A stretch of 64,000 bases of DNA from the NCBI GenBank assembly GCA_050084985.1, contig JBITNC010000001.1, positions 21,886,001 to 21,950,000 of the forward strand. Reading direction: 5' to 3'. Position numbers and translations under genes: made by a program. This stretch comes from Nageia nagi (lineage: Eukaryota; Plantae; Pinophyta). Each line of letters opens with the position of its first letter. Position 1 is the first letter of the stretch. The notes beneath the pieces were generated by a model. It saw only the letters and a program-made list of their open reading frames with translations. It was not told the DNA's origin and ran no database searches. Shown here piece by piece: positions 39,871 through 51,696 of the stretch.

Positions 39871-40643
39871 CACCAACTAATAATAATCATAGTAACTAAT
39901 AATAATAATATAATTTATTAAAACAAAAATTAATACACCTCTTACCAAGTGGCCACTACTAGGCCCACCATGACTCGATCATAGTTGATTGTGCCTGTGT
40001 CATGTCTTATTGCACCTCCACCCATATACCTAAAAAAAATACAAACCCTAAGTTGTAAATCTTTCATTTTTACTAAAAATCACAAAATTTACCCTGTTAA
40101 AACTCTACATAATTATTTTCACTCTTTTTCTACAAATTTCTTCATTACACTATTTTTGGCTAAAATTTTCAAAAAATAAGGATTTAAAAATTCTACCTCT
40201 CTCTCCAAAGGCCGTTGGCCTTGCTAGGATGCTTATGCATGTCATGGTGGTATTCTCTTTACCAAAAATCATGTTCCTAATGCTTTTCTTGCTCTAAATC
40301 ACCTAAACCCATATCTTTTCTCCCTAAATCATCAATGACTGCAAACATAGAAATGAGGTATAACTTGTGCTTTCCAACTTTAAGTGGAGAGATTGTATAG
40401 TCGAGATCGATCGTACAATTTATTAAAAAAATATAATAATATATATAATAATAAAATTATTTTTACATTATATTTATATACAAAATAAAAATATATATAA
40501 TAAAATTACTTATACATTATATTTATAAAAAATATTAATATTAATAATAATAATCATAATCATAATAATAATATTAATAATAATCAAATAAAAATAAATG
40601 AAAAAATAGATATATATCTAAAATCATACATATAATAATAATT

Positions 40644-42443
40644 TTTTTTATGTCAAGGGAAAATTATATTATCAAAAAATAGCGAGGGATTTTGCTTGGA
40701 CTACAAAAAAATCGATCACAAAATGGTTTCCAAAATAGGAAATAGCTACCCTACTATACCTAGTGGTAGCTAATATAATTTACAAAAAACTAGTAACAAA
40801 ATAAGTTCAAATGCTAGCGAACTATAACTTGTTGGTAGCCCTAATGCAACCTAATTTGCAAATTATATTAATATAAAATCATTAAATTGTAGTCAAAATA
40901 CATTTAAATTACAATTGGGATGCAACCCAACTATCTCTTTATTGCTGGAATATTCTAATCAATAAATCCTTTGTTCATTCCAAAGATGGGATGAAATTTG
41001 TTGATCATATGTAGAGTTGATTGCTTTCCATTCTTTATATCCTATTAAGTGAGTTTCTCTCTAGTCTCTCCTTGGGATGGTCTCCCCACATGTATTTGTT
41101 CAATATTTGCTATTTTTCTAGAGTTTAGTATATTTCTTTATGGGATTCTATCTTGGCCTTCTCCTTATTGTATTGTTATTGCTTTACTATCTTTATTCCT
41201 TGCTTTTTTTGTCACCCTTCTAATTCTTTCTCCATTTTCCCTTTCCACAACTTCCATTTGTTATCGCATATTTTAAAAAATTTGAATTGTAATTGGTTTC
41301 TCCTCAGTCTATTCCTTCTAAAATGGGGTTTGTTATGGTTTATTTCATCCATTAGACTTCTTTTGAAGTTGATTATTTTTTTGATGTGGTTTGTTTTATC
41401 TACATTTCAAAGTTATTCTTCTAATTTTTTCCTATTTTCTTTTTTTTATTGACTTCCACCCTTACTCTTCTGTTTATCTTGAGACTCCTTTTCATTCTTT
41501 TCTTTTTCTTTGCTTTCTTCATCCTTCCTCTTCTTTTCTAGAAAATCCTTTGGATAATGCTCATAACTATTACAAATTCCACATTGTACTGGTAGATTTT
41601 TATCTACAATTGGTTGCATCCATTCTCTTCCATATTCTATTTTTAATTTTATCTCGTTCATCATAGGTTTGGACATATCTAAATTAACCATGAATATTGC
41701 ATTTTTAAACTTAGTTTTAATCTTGTTGATCTCTCAATTGTACAAGGGATCCAATTGCTTTTGTAATTCTGGCTATTATGCATAGGTGCTAACAAGATGG
41801 GTGAAGTCCAAGTAGTAAGACCCATATTGGAATGAGGTTGAAATTTTTACTTTCAAGGGATAAATTTTTCTTCCATCTCTTGATGACTAATCATTTCTTC
41901 CTGAGGAATCATGGACCCATCTCTATCACTTTTTTCAAGTTTTTATCAAACTAGAATTTGAATAATAAAAATTCTTTTGGGAGAGTAGCTAGGGATACAC
42001 ATCCTTTTGTACTCCATCTTAAATTGATCCAACTTTTAATCATATCTAGAGGGGGTTGTACCCCAACAAAGTGACCAACAAGGGTTGACTTTAGCCCATC
42101 CTCCTTCTCTATTATACTTTTTAGAATTAATATGATAACCTCATCATTAGAGAATTCAAGCTCTAGCACCATCTTGATTGCTTCCTCTATGAATGGTTTT
42201 TCTTACATCAACATGATTTTCCATTCCTTGTGGGGCTTTGGATCAGGTCGTAATTTTGATTTATTCATTGTATTTCAAATATCATTCGATATTATTTCAG
42301 TAAGATTACAACTTTGCTAAGCTATAATTTTCTTAATAATAGCTTGTGGTACTTTTAAAATAATTAGCTCATGCTTCTATTACTCTGCTCATATTTTTGT
42401 TATATCATGCTTGTGCTTCTACTACATTTCCCTCGTAAACCCT
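40644..42443 (-). mobile_element. ORF1-only L1-like LINE derivative with poly(A) and 17-bp TSD
   Basis: TSD TACATATAATAATAATT at 40627-40643 and 42444-42460. T-run 40642-40649 is the poly(A) on the minus strand. Decayed ORF1: DUF4283-like LVGHFVG..IKSWINLRW..FLLFKF and zinc knuckle QCGICNSYEH. No ORF2 recognised. Confidence 0.85.
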
Positions 42444-43419
42444 TACATATAATAATAATTAATAGATATACTTATACATAGAATAAAAATAATAATAACA
42501 ATAAGTAATACAAAAATTATAATCCTTAATGTAACAACTACTAACATATAAGCCCATTTTAATATTGCTCATCCATTATGCTAATGCATTGCCATGCTAC
42601 CCATTTTACACCTTCATTTTCTTTTTTGCCAAATTAGTCTTTATTTTTGGCACACACCAATCCTGATACCTTAGCCACTACACTAGTAGGTGTTAATGTT
42701 GATAAATTAGTTATTACTCTAGTATATTTGAATCTCTTATCTTGTAAATCATTTTCATTATCTTCATTGTCTCTCATCGTATCAACATTTAAGGGGGGAT
42801 GTACATTTTATCCCTCAACATATTGTATCAATTAAAGAATTTTCAACCATGAAAGATGTATGGCCTAAGACTTTTGTAAAAGATTATCATCAATCCATAT
42901 TTACTAAGGTAAAAATAGAATTACCCAAATGAAAACAAGTCCACCTTGAGAAGAATCCAAAGTTGTACACATGCTTAGTGGCATAGATAAAGTAAGATCA
43001 TGATCTAATAAGATTTGTTAACCAATCATGTCAATTCAAGATGTCCTCAAGTTATACTTCAGATGCAATTTGATGTAAACATCAAAAGTTTTAACTTGGT
43101 TACAACTAGGGCAAATGCAATTGCCCATAACCTAAAATAAGTTGATAATCTTCCCTCAAAAAAGTTGTGAGTACCTTCTTTGTCATCACCACTAACTAAT
43201 GTCTAGTTATTTTTGAAGTATTTTCCATCCTATGATGGCAAATAGTCCAAAAAGGGGCAAAATATAGACATCCAAAATTAGTACCTTTGCACCATATACA
43301 TGGGTGTAAACACATTCATCATCATCATAAATCCCAATGTAATTAACCCTAAAATCTAATAATTTTCATGGATAAGTACAAGAAGTTGGGTCCATTTTAT
43401 GGCCAAAAGGTAGAATTCT

Positions 43420-43920
43420 TTTCATTATTTTCAGGTTTGATCACATTGATCTAAAAATTTGAAGCACTTAGACATGGAATCTTGAATAAGGTCAATAGCG
43501 TAAAATTGTAGTGCTTTGAGTCTAATTTTCAAATATATAATCTATTCCAATACCTAGATGATAAATATTTATTTTTATAGGTATGAATAAAAATGACTAT
43601 TTAAAAAATACTATTTTAGGACCATACCATGCATGTATTCATCACACGTATTTTGATATAAATCAAACTATTTTTTTAAATCCTTTTGGGAAATGATACC
43701 TAACACAATGAAGCTTGTCTTGGATATTTTTTTTTGAATATTATAATTTTTATTAATTTTTTATAGATCATAATTATGGTTTTGAAAAATGCCTATGTCC
43801 GTCATGCATAATTTGACCTAAAGTCATCATTTTTTCAAACTTTTTTTAAAAATTTTGTAGAGAATTATCTAAAGGTTGTCTCCATGTATTTTTTTTTTGC
43901 AAAATTCATAAAAAAAAAAA
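43420..43920 (+). repeat. Dispersed AT-rich repeat, probably DNA-transposon derived (related copies ~49655-50135 and ~56385-56880)
   Basis: Shared AAAATTTGAAGCACTTAGACATGGAATC...ATTCCAATACCTAGATGAT...GTCATGCATAATTTGA. Confidence 0.65.
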
Positions 43921-45544
43921 AATTACTAAAAAATTAAAATTTATTTTTAAATTTTTCTAAGTTATAAAACTTCCTCTATAAGTGGACCCAACTTCTTACT
44001 TCCAAGGTCATCTAAAAACTAGATATCATTTATCCACTAACAAATGATGTTAAAATGAGTATTATTTAAGTCGTATTTAACAAATAACTCTTCAATATGA
44101 CTTCTAAATGACATAAAAAATGCATTAATATATAGAGCTCATCGAGTATATTATGAAAATCAACTAGTCACATGCCCCTTTTCGAACAATTCTACACCAT
44201 TTAACAAAAGTGATAATCCTAGACATTACTTGCGGGTGACCCAATCCAATTGTGAGCAACTCACTGTAATCTCAGAAAACTGCGATCATGGGCGATCCAA
44301 TCCAATCGTGGGCAACTGTAATCTCAGAAAACTGCGATCATGGGCGATTCAATCCAATTGCGGGTGATCGAACTTGATCGTAGGTGACTCTAAACTTGCC
44401 AAAATAAAAATAAAAAAGTCAATTCTACGGATTGACAACCCCTATTCCAGGGATGATTAGGAGCCAATTTCAGCTGACAAAATTGAACAACTAAAATGGC
44501 AACTCACCACCTCATCCACCAGGCCCTAAATCTATTTGAAAGAGACTAGTTGATTTTTGCATCAACACTTGTTCAATACTTACATGTCTGAATGCCTGCC
44601 TATCTAAGTATATTTTAACCTTTGGGTCAAAATATATACGTAAAAGAAACTCAATTCATCCTATTTTAGAGACATTTAGAGGTTTCAGAGAACTCTAGAA
44701 GCGTAGGTAATTGGACTTTCCCTCGTGTACCGATAGGCAGCATTTACTTTGTCACACTATGAGTATAAAAGAGGGATTCGCTTCTATGGTTGAGGCTCTT
44801 CAATAGCAATCAAACCCTTTCAATAAAATAATGGTATCATAATGCCCATAAGAAATGATCGATATAAGAGATCAAATGGAATACAAATTATGATTTTAGT
44901 ATGATAAGAAGTCAATGATGAAATTATCAAAATATTAAATTTTTATAACATAATATATATGAAATTAAAGTGTCATATATGAAGTCAAATACCAATGATA
45001 ACAATGAAAGGGTAAAATCCTTTGAATGTGCATCAAACAAGTGTAATTCTTTTCTTAATATGTATTAACCCATCAAATCAATATATTCTAAATATTTGAA
45101 TTTTTTAAATTTTGACAAGAAAATAATATTATAAAAATTATGTAATCATTGTGATAATTTTTAAAAATAATTATTTAGAAATTGAAAACATTCATAAGTG
45201 ATTAGATATTATAGAGTGATAAATTTAAAATCGTAAATGATAAAATTTAAAGTAAAAAATAAGATAACAATACTGATAGTTTAAAATGATTTAAATATTT
45301 AAGATAGATAATTAATTACAACAAATATAACATGTATACCTAGTAGTGAAAATCTAACATAGAACAGGATCAACTCATGACCAATTCAACCAAAAATCTA
45401 AACAATAATCTAAAGTTTAACAAAACCTTCAAGATTTGGAAACTTCTAAAAAAACTGTCACGGTCAAAGTATGTGACTAGGTACACAAACATTGCCCTTA
45501 AAATAGAGAACTTTTCAAACTCCTTTAACCAAATGCCAAGCACC

Positions 45545-47885
45545 TTATTCTACTGTTGGAGATGCCAGAAAGTTAACAAACGTTTGAAGGCTCTTGTGAG
45601 AAGATCCACCTTCTGCGACGGCTTCCTTGACAGTTTTCCTCAGTCGTTGTGCTGTGAGTCGTAACTCTTTCCCCTTTTGACCTTGTATCATGGCCCTTAC
45701 AGCCTTTGCTACACCTTTTCTATCTACCATCCCATTTTCGGAGTTTGCTCTCACATCTAATCCAATGTTCCACTGTTGCACGAGAAGTTTCCTGTTCATG
45801 TATTGGTCAGACCATTGCGGAAATGAAATCACAGGAACGCCCAAGCTCAGGCTCTCTATCGTCGAATTCCATCCGCAATGACACATGAATCCTCCCACCG
45901 CAGGATGACTTAGCACTGAAAGTTGAGGTGCCCACGGAATTATCAGTATTCTATCATTGCATTTTTCCAAGAACTCTTGAGGTAAAATGTCGGAGGAAGT
46001 TTTGTTGTGAAGAAGATCAAACCTGACCACCCACAGAATGAACTGACCGCTCTCTAACAAACCCATTGCAATCTCCTCCAGTTGGGATTTAGAAATGTTA
46101 ATGAGGCTGCCAAACGAAACATAAAGAACTGAGAATTGGGGCTTGCAATCCAGCCATGGCATACAGTTGGAGGCCTTGAAGAGGCTCGAATTCAGAATTA
46201 TATCATCGGATGTCTTGTGATTATTTTCTTCGTTATCCTTGAAATAAGCAAGAGGGAGCAACGGACCAATGGAAGAAATGGGAACTATATGCTGGATTGC
46301 ATCACTTGCTTGGCTTTCCAGCTCATACACACTGTTTCCTAAAACCCAATCGGCTTCGCCAAGTAATTTGAATTGGCAGAATATAAGGTGAAGCACAAAA
46401 TCAAAGGTTTGCCCTTTTTGAATAAATGATGGAAGGTCCTGCGGATCCAACGTTGGAAGTCCTGGTATATAATCTATCTTGTCTGTATGTTCAAATGCCC
46501 ACAACAGATCAGCGTCGAAACTATTGTTAGAACCTAAGCCGTAAACTCTTACAAAATCTTCTCCAAACTCACCGGTTGGGAAAAGACACAAAAGGAATCA
46601 ATAAAATGCAGATAAAAAAAGAGAATCAATAATATATTTTAATAACTTACAAAATTTAGTCTAATTTATAGGTTTTAAAATTTTATACAAAATTTTAACA
46701 ACGCACATTTTGTATCTATATTTGAGATGCTAAATTTTGGACCTTTTCCTGCTAACACAGTTACGAACACTCTTGGAACACAGTGAGCAGTTAGACAAAA
46801 CATAGTACTCCAGTCTTACCTTCAAGGGACAAAAGGAATCAATGAAATGCATACAGAAAAGAGAGTCAATAAATTGTTTTTTAGTAACTTTCAAAATTTA
46901 CTAGGTTTTTAAAATTATATACCAAATCATAACGCACATTATAAAATCTAAATTTAAAACGTTGAGTTTTGGACTCTTTCCTGTTCACACAGTTCCCGAT
47001 ACTCTTGGAACACGGTGAGTGAACAGTTCGACCAAACATACTACAGTAAAGTCTGTAACTTCAAGAGTCATAAGGAATCAACGAATTGCAGAGAGGAAAG
47101 AGAGTCAATAAATTTTTTTTTAGTAACTTTCAAAGTTCACTCAAGGTTTTTAAATTGTATACCACATTTTAATAACGCAGATTATAAATCTAAATTAGAA
47201 ATGTTGAGTTTTGGACCCTTTTCCTGCTAATACTGTTCCCAATACAGTGAGCAGTCAGACCAAACAGAATACTACAGTCTGTAACTTTAATCTACACCAC
47301 ACTCTTGAGATCCTCAGACTTCGTGAATCCTAGTCAATGAAAATGCATCAAACTCGTCAGAAATGGAGAAAACAAACCTGATTCCCTTGGGGGAAAGTGC
47401 CCGTTTGCAATGACATCAGTGAGATGGCTGTAAAAGACGTAGGCAGCAATAGACTGCGTCCAGAAGAAAACCCATGTAAGCTTGAACTTCCTGGCAACTC
47501 CCAACGTCCATGGAAGGAAGGAGTCCGCAATCAAACATGAAATGGGAGGGTCTCCCTTGAGCTGCAAATCTTGTATGAGCTCCCCTAGAGCATGTCCCAT
47601 TCTGTCCACACTCCTCAAGAATTGCTCGAAGTTAGCGGAGCGATCATAATCAAGTGGCAGCCCATCCGATATCTGCACCAAACGAATATTTGCGAAGCAG
47701 GAAGCGGATCCCAAATTATGAGATGCTTTGGACATTCGAGCATGGCTGTCGTGAGTGTTGACAAGGGTGACGAGGACTCCATTTGAGGCCAAGTTTTGAG
47801 CAAGCACCATCATGGGGTTAATATGCCCCTGCACCGGATGCGGAACAAGCAATGCATGCCCACGCCCATCTCCATTCCTTTCCAT
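45545..47885 (-). CDS. Family-1 plant UDP-glycosyltransferase, UGT86 / group K-L-like; exon 1 47378-47885, exon 2 45545-46482; 481 aa
   Basis: ATG 47885. Phase-1 GT..AG intron with CTGAT branch-like site; exons total 1446 nt in frame. Catalytic HPVQGHINP and ADSFLPW. Full PSPG box WAPQLSVLSHPAVGGFMCHCGWNSTIESLSLGVPVISFPQWSDQ. C-terminal GGSS. CpGs retained. Confidence 0.95.
46585..47290. repeat. Three ~240-bp degenerate tandem units in the UGT intron
   Basis: AAGGAATCAA..AA.TGCA.A.A..AAAGAGA.TCAATAA recurs at ~46592, ~46833 and ~47072. Confidence 0.85.
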
Positions 47886-47939
47886 ATTCGCACAGTTCAA
47901 ACTACGCAACATTTTTGTTATGGCTTATCTCACCTCCTC

Positions 47940-48044
47940 TATTTATATACTTCGAGCATGTTTGTTGGTGACCTCTGCAACAAAATAGTCGAATCCAAAG
48001 CCCTGGAACTTGGGAGACTTGCAGGTAGGTTATGAGTGGTAGGT
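47940..48044 (-). promoter_or_regulatory. UGT core promoter: TATA box plus MYB AC-elements
   Basis: Minus-strand TATATAAATA at 47940-47949, CACCAAC at 47964-47970, and ACCTACC at 48024-48030 and 48038-48044. Confidence 0.7.
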
Positions 48045-49009
48045 TGCCAGGTTCTTGATAACAATGGATTGTAGATACCATTATTCATGTTCACATACCC
48101 AATGGTTAAAGTTGTAGATATTTTAAGGCAATCATGTAGTTACACGGAACCTCAAATCTGATGGCACTTGTATTTATATCCGTAACACATACTATCCGAG
48201 ATGGCTTATTATCGTTATATACATTGAAAACTAGTTCCTACGAATCAATTTTTGTTTGGAACATATTTTCTTCCAAGTCGTGGACATCTGTTTTGTGTTT
48301 TGTTAACAAGGTAAATAGTTGTAGAATTTTTTAGACATGCTTCCACTAATGTTTACAAGTTTAATTGCTTAATGAGACTCATCACAATACAAAGGGCGAA
48401 GGCTAACCGGACAACATACTGCTCGCGTATAAGCAAAATTCTGAGATTTTCGTTCACTCATCTCCTCCGCTTTCAATTTTAAGTGGGCTCAATGATTTTA
48501 TCATGTGCGTTGTAAAGTAACTTCTGGTTTTATCATGTGCGTTAGTTTCTGGTATGATCGTTTTTTGGTATGATTTTTTTTATGAGGATTTAATTGTGTG
48601 CCCATTTTAAGCATATTTTCAACATTCTGAGTTAGCTTACCACTTGCACATGCAAAGTACTTTTTCAGCTTTCTATTTTCAAGTAGATTCGAGATCGACA
48701 AGGTGTACCAACTTTTTTACCGATTACTTTTTGATAGATGCATCCTGATATTTAAAGTTAATGCGATATGGATTAGGATCCATAAAGGTAGATTAGGAAT
48801 TATTTAAATTAACATTTAAAAATTAGCATCAAGTCAAACTTGGAATGTTAGATAGTTATGTGTTTTACTAGTGGTTAGCAAGTTTGTTGAAGTTATTGTT
48901 GGTCTCTAAGTTTGTTGAAACTTTGTTGTACTTCGTTGGCATAGTAGCCATTTTTGACCTATTTAAAAGCATCTAAAATTTAATAGAAAATATTTAGATT
49001 TTTCATTGT

Positions 49010-49620
49010 TTATTTTATATCATAATGTGAATCATATATACATATATTATAATTATATACGCTAAAAATATCATTATATACATACAAAATATCATAATAT
49101 ATATGGATAAAATATCAATATATATGCACAAAATATAACATACATAGAAGATATTATATATGCATAAAACATCATGATATACATATAAACATCAATATAA
49201 ATGTAAAAAATATCATGACATACATTTAAGATATAAGAACATATGCATGTAATATCACTACATACATACAATATATAAAATGCATATGAACACGATATAA
49301 TCATAAATTCATAAATTATTAGCTCATATGTACAAGATATCATTATATACGTACACAAAATATTTGTATACACATAAGAAATCAACTCATATACAAATGG
49401 TATCTTCAAGAATGGTACACATCAAACTAGGAAAATCTTGAATATCACCATGTGCATACAAACATCTACCACCTATCTAAATTCAATGCACATCATATAT
49501 ACACATGCAATCTCATTATATATGTGATCTAAGATCATACACATTGAATATCATTCTATACACACATAGTATAATCATATATACGCTTGGCGCATCATGT
49601 ATATGCATGTGTTATGATAA
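49010..49620. repeat. AT-rich degenerate low-complexity tandem repeat
   Basis: Recurrent ATATCAT..ATATAC(A/G)C units. Confidence 0.6.
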
Positions 49621-51499
49621 TACAGGTAAGGCAAAAAAAGTGAGTGTTTTCCTTGATTTTCAAGTTTGAGCATGATTGATCTCAAAATTTGAAGCACTTA
49701 GACATGGAATCATGAAAATATCATGCTCAAAGTCTAGTTTTCAAATATATAATTTATTCCAATACCTAGATGATAGAAATTAAATTTTGATAGGGATAAA
49801 CAAAAATCACTTTTTAAAATATATAGTTTTAGGACCATACCATTCATGTGTCCATCATGCATAATTTGACCAAAATTAAGGTATTTTTAAAAATCCTTTT
49901 AGGCATAGATACCTAAGACATTGAAGCTTGTTTTGGAAATTTTTCTATAATATTTTTAATGAATATTTTTTTTTATTATTTTTATATCGATCATGTTTGT
50001 TGTTTTGAAAAGTGCTCAAGTTCGTCATGCATAATTTGATCTAAACTTAATCTTTTTCAATTTTTTTTCTTATAGAGAATTCTCTAAAGCTTATCTCTAT
50101 ATAAGTTTTTTCATAACTCCAAAAAAAAACTTATTAAGAAAATAGGATACCTTTATATTTCAAGTATATGGACTAGTTTCACCAAAGATGAATAGAAAAA
50201 TATAAAATATACTCCAATTGTAAAAAATTTGCATATTTGAATTCATCACTCTTTTATCTGAAATGGGTTTCATATTCATGAAAAAATTCAATCGAAATCA
50301 CTATGAAATGTATACCCAAAGTTACAATTTTATATTGATATCAACCATGGACATCTACTTGCAAGTCCAAGGCAAAGGGTTAGCTCACCAAGCCTTTTTT
50401 GAGACTAAATTCAAGGTTGCTAGGTGGGTGTGGGTGGGAAGCAAATTTTGAATACATCAAGATCTTGATATATTTTATAATGGTAACAACTGTAAAATAT
50501 ATTGGGATCCTAATTTTTATTAATCTATTAGGATAACAAGTCACATTTTAGGATAAAGATGTTCAACATCATTCATCTTCCCCTTCGTATAATATGATAG
50601 ATAGTAACATTATTCAATCATTATATTGAGGTTGAGACCCAAGGCATCTATTTCAATTAATTTGAAACTAAATTAGGTTTTTTATGAAGAGAATTAAGGT
50701 TTTGAATCCTGAAGAAACCATTGTAATTATAGATTTCTTCTAAAGATATATAGTGTTGAATTCATAAAGTTGAAATCTAATCAACACCATAAGTGATAAA
50801 AATGCTAAATAAATACCAAAAGGAAGGTCATATCATCTTAATAAATTCTTGCAAAAAGAGAAAAGGGTAAAAAACAAAAAAGAGATAAAAGAGCAAAGAA
50901 TAAAGAATTGAATTATAATGAAGCATCTAAAAGTCCCATACCAATTAAAGAGGAAAACACATAAGAGAACCTGAATGTAGATATGATTGTAGATGATGCA
51001 TGCATTGAAGAGGATATTATGAATGAAGCTTTAAATTCAATGACTATGGAAATGAATCCATGTATATCTTTGAATCTTCATATCATTTTATAATATTAGT
51101 TGCTTTTCAATATTCTCATGCAACTTCTTCAAATGATTGAGAAATTATTTAATACATTAACTCATCTTAACATGATCATGGATTATTGATTAGGTTTATT
51201 GCCACTTTCAAAAGTTCCTTCCATAGACCATTTGCAATGACACCTCTAGCTCATGTTTGTGCTCTTATACAACTACTAAATCATATAGGTATTCAAGCTA
51301 TTTCACACTCATACTAATTATCTTAAGAACCTTAATTATGAGAATCATAATTATGAGAATTACTAATAATGGCTCATATAGGAATTTGATTATGAGAACT
51401 ATAGTCAAATGATTAATGTTATAAACGAAGCTACATTACTATCAATATTTTCTTAAATGGAAGCAAATAATATCCTCTAAATAGATCATACATGATTTT

Positions 51500-51620
51500 A
51501 CTCTCTCTTCCCCTTCGTCCCTTCATCTCCACTTCCCCTTCCCCTTTGCCCCTTCATCTCCACTTCACCTTTCCCTCCATCCCTTCACCCATTTATCTCC
51601 ACTTCCCCTTCCACTTCCCC
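51500..51620 (+). repeat. Polypyrimidine minisatellite
   Basis: CCCTTCATCTCCACTTC(C/A)CCTT repeated. Confidence 0.8.
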
Positions 51621-51623
51621 TTA

Positions 51624-51696
51624 GCTATCTTCGCTTAATTGGTAGAGCACAAGACTTTTCACCCTATAGTTATGGGTTTGATTCCCATAGATGCTA
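51624..51696 (+). pseudogene. tRNA-Lys(TTT) pseudogene
   Basis: 73 nt aligning to plant nuclear tRNA-Lys(UUU) as recalled (GCCGTCTTAGCTCAG.TGGTAGAGCGC..CTTTTAA..GTGGGTTCGATTCCCACAGACGGCG). Changes are mostly C>T/G>A; the B-box TTCGA is now TTTGA. Confidence 0.8.

Noticed and set aside
46483-46591. ORF-track N-terminus MCLFPTGEFGEDF... as a separate gene start
   Set aside because: This is intronic read-through with a non-ATG start. Splicing to exon 1 gives a normal-length UGT.
47886-47912. Upstream start MLRSLNCAN for the UGT
   Set aside because: It is a TTG start too close to the TATA box. The ATG at 47885 fits better.
49092-49409. Y/I-rich ORFs here and at 53352-53570 and 61127-61391
   Set aside because: They are translations of low-complexity repeats.
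51624-51696. Functional tRNA gene
   Set aside because: Acceptor, D and anticodon stems are mismatched and the B-box is mutated.
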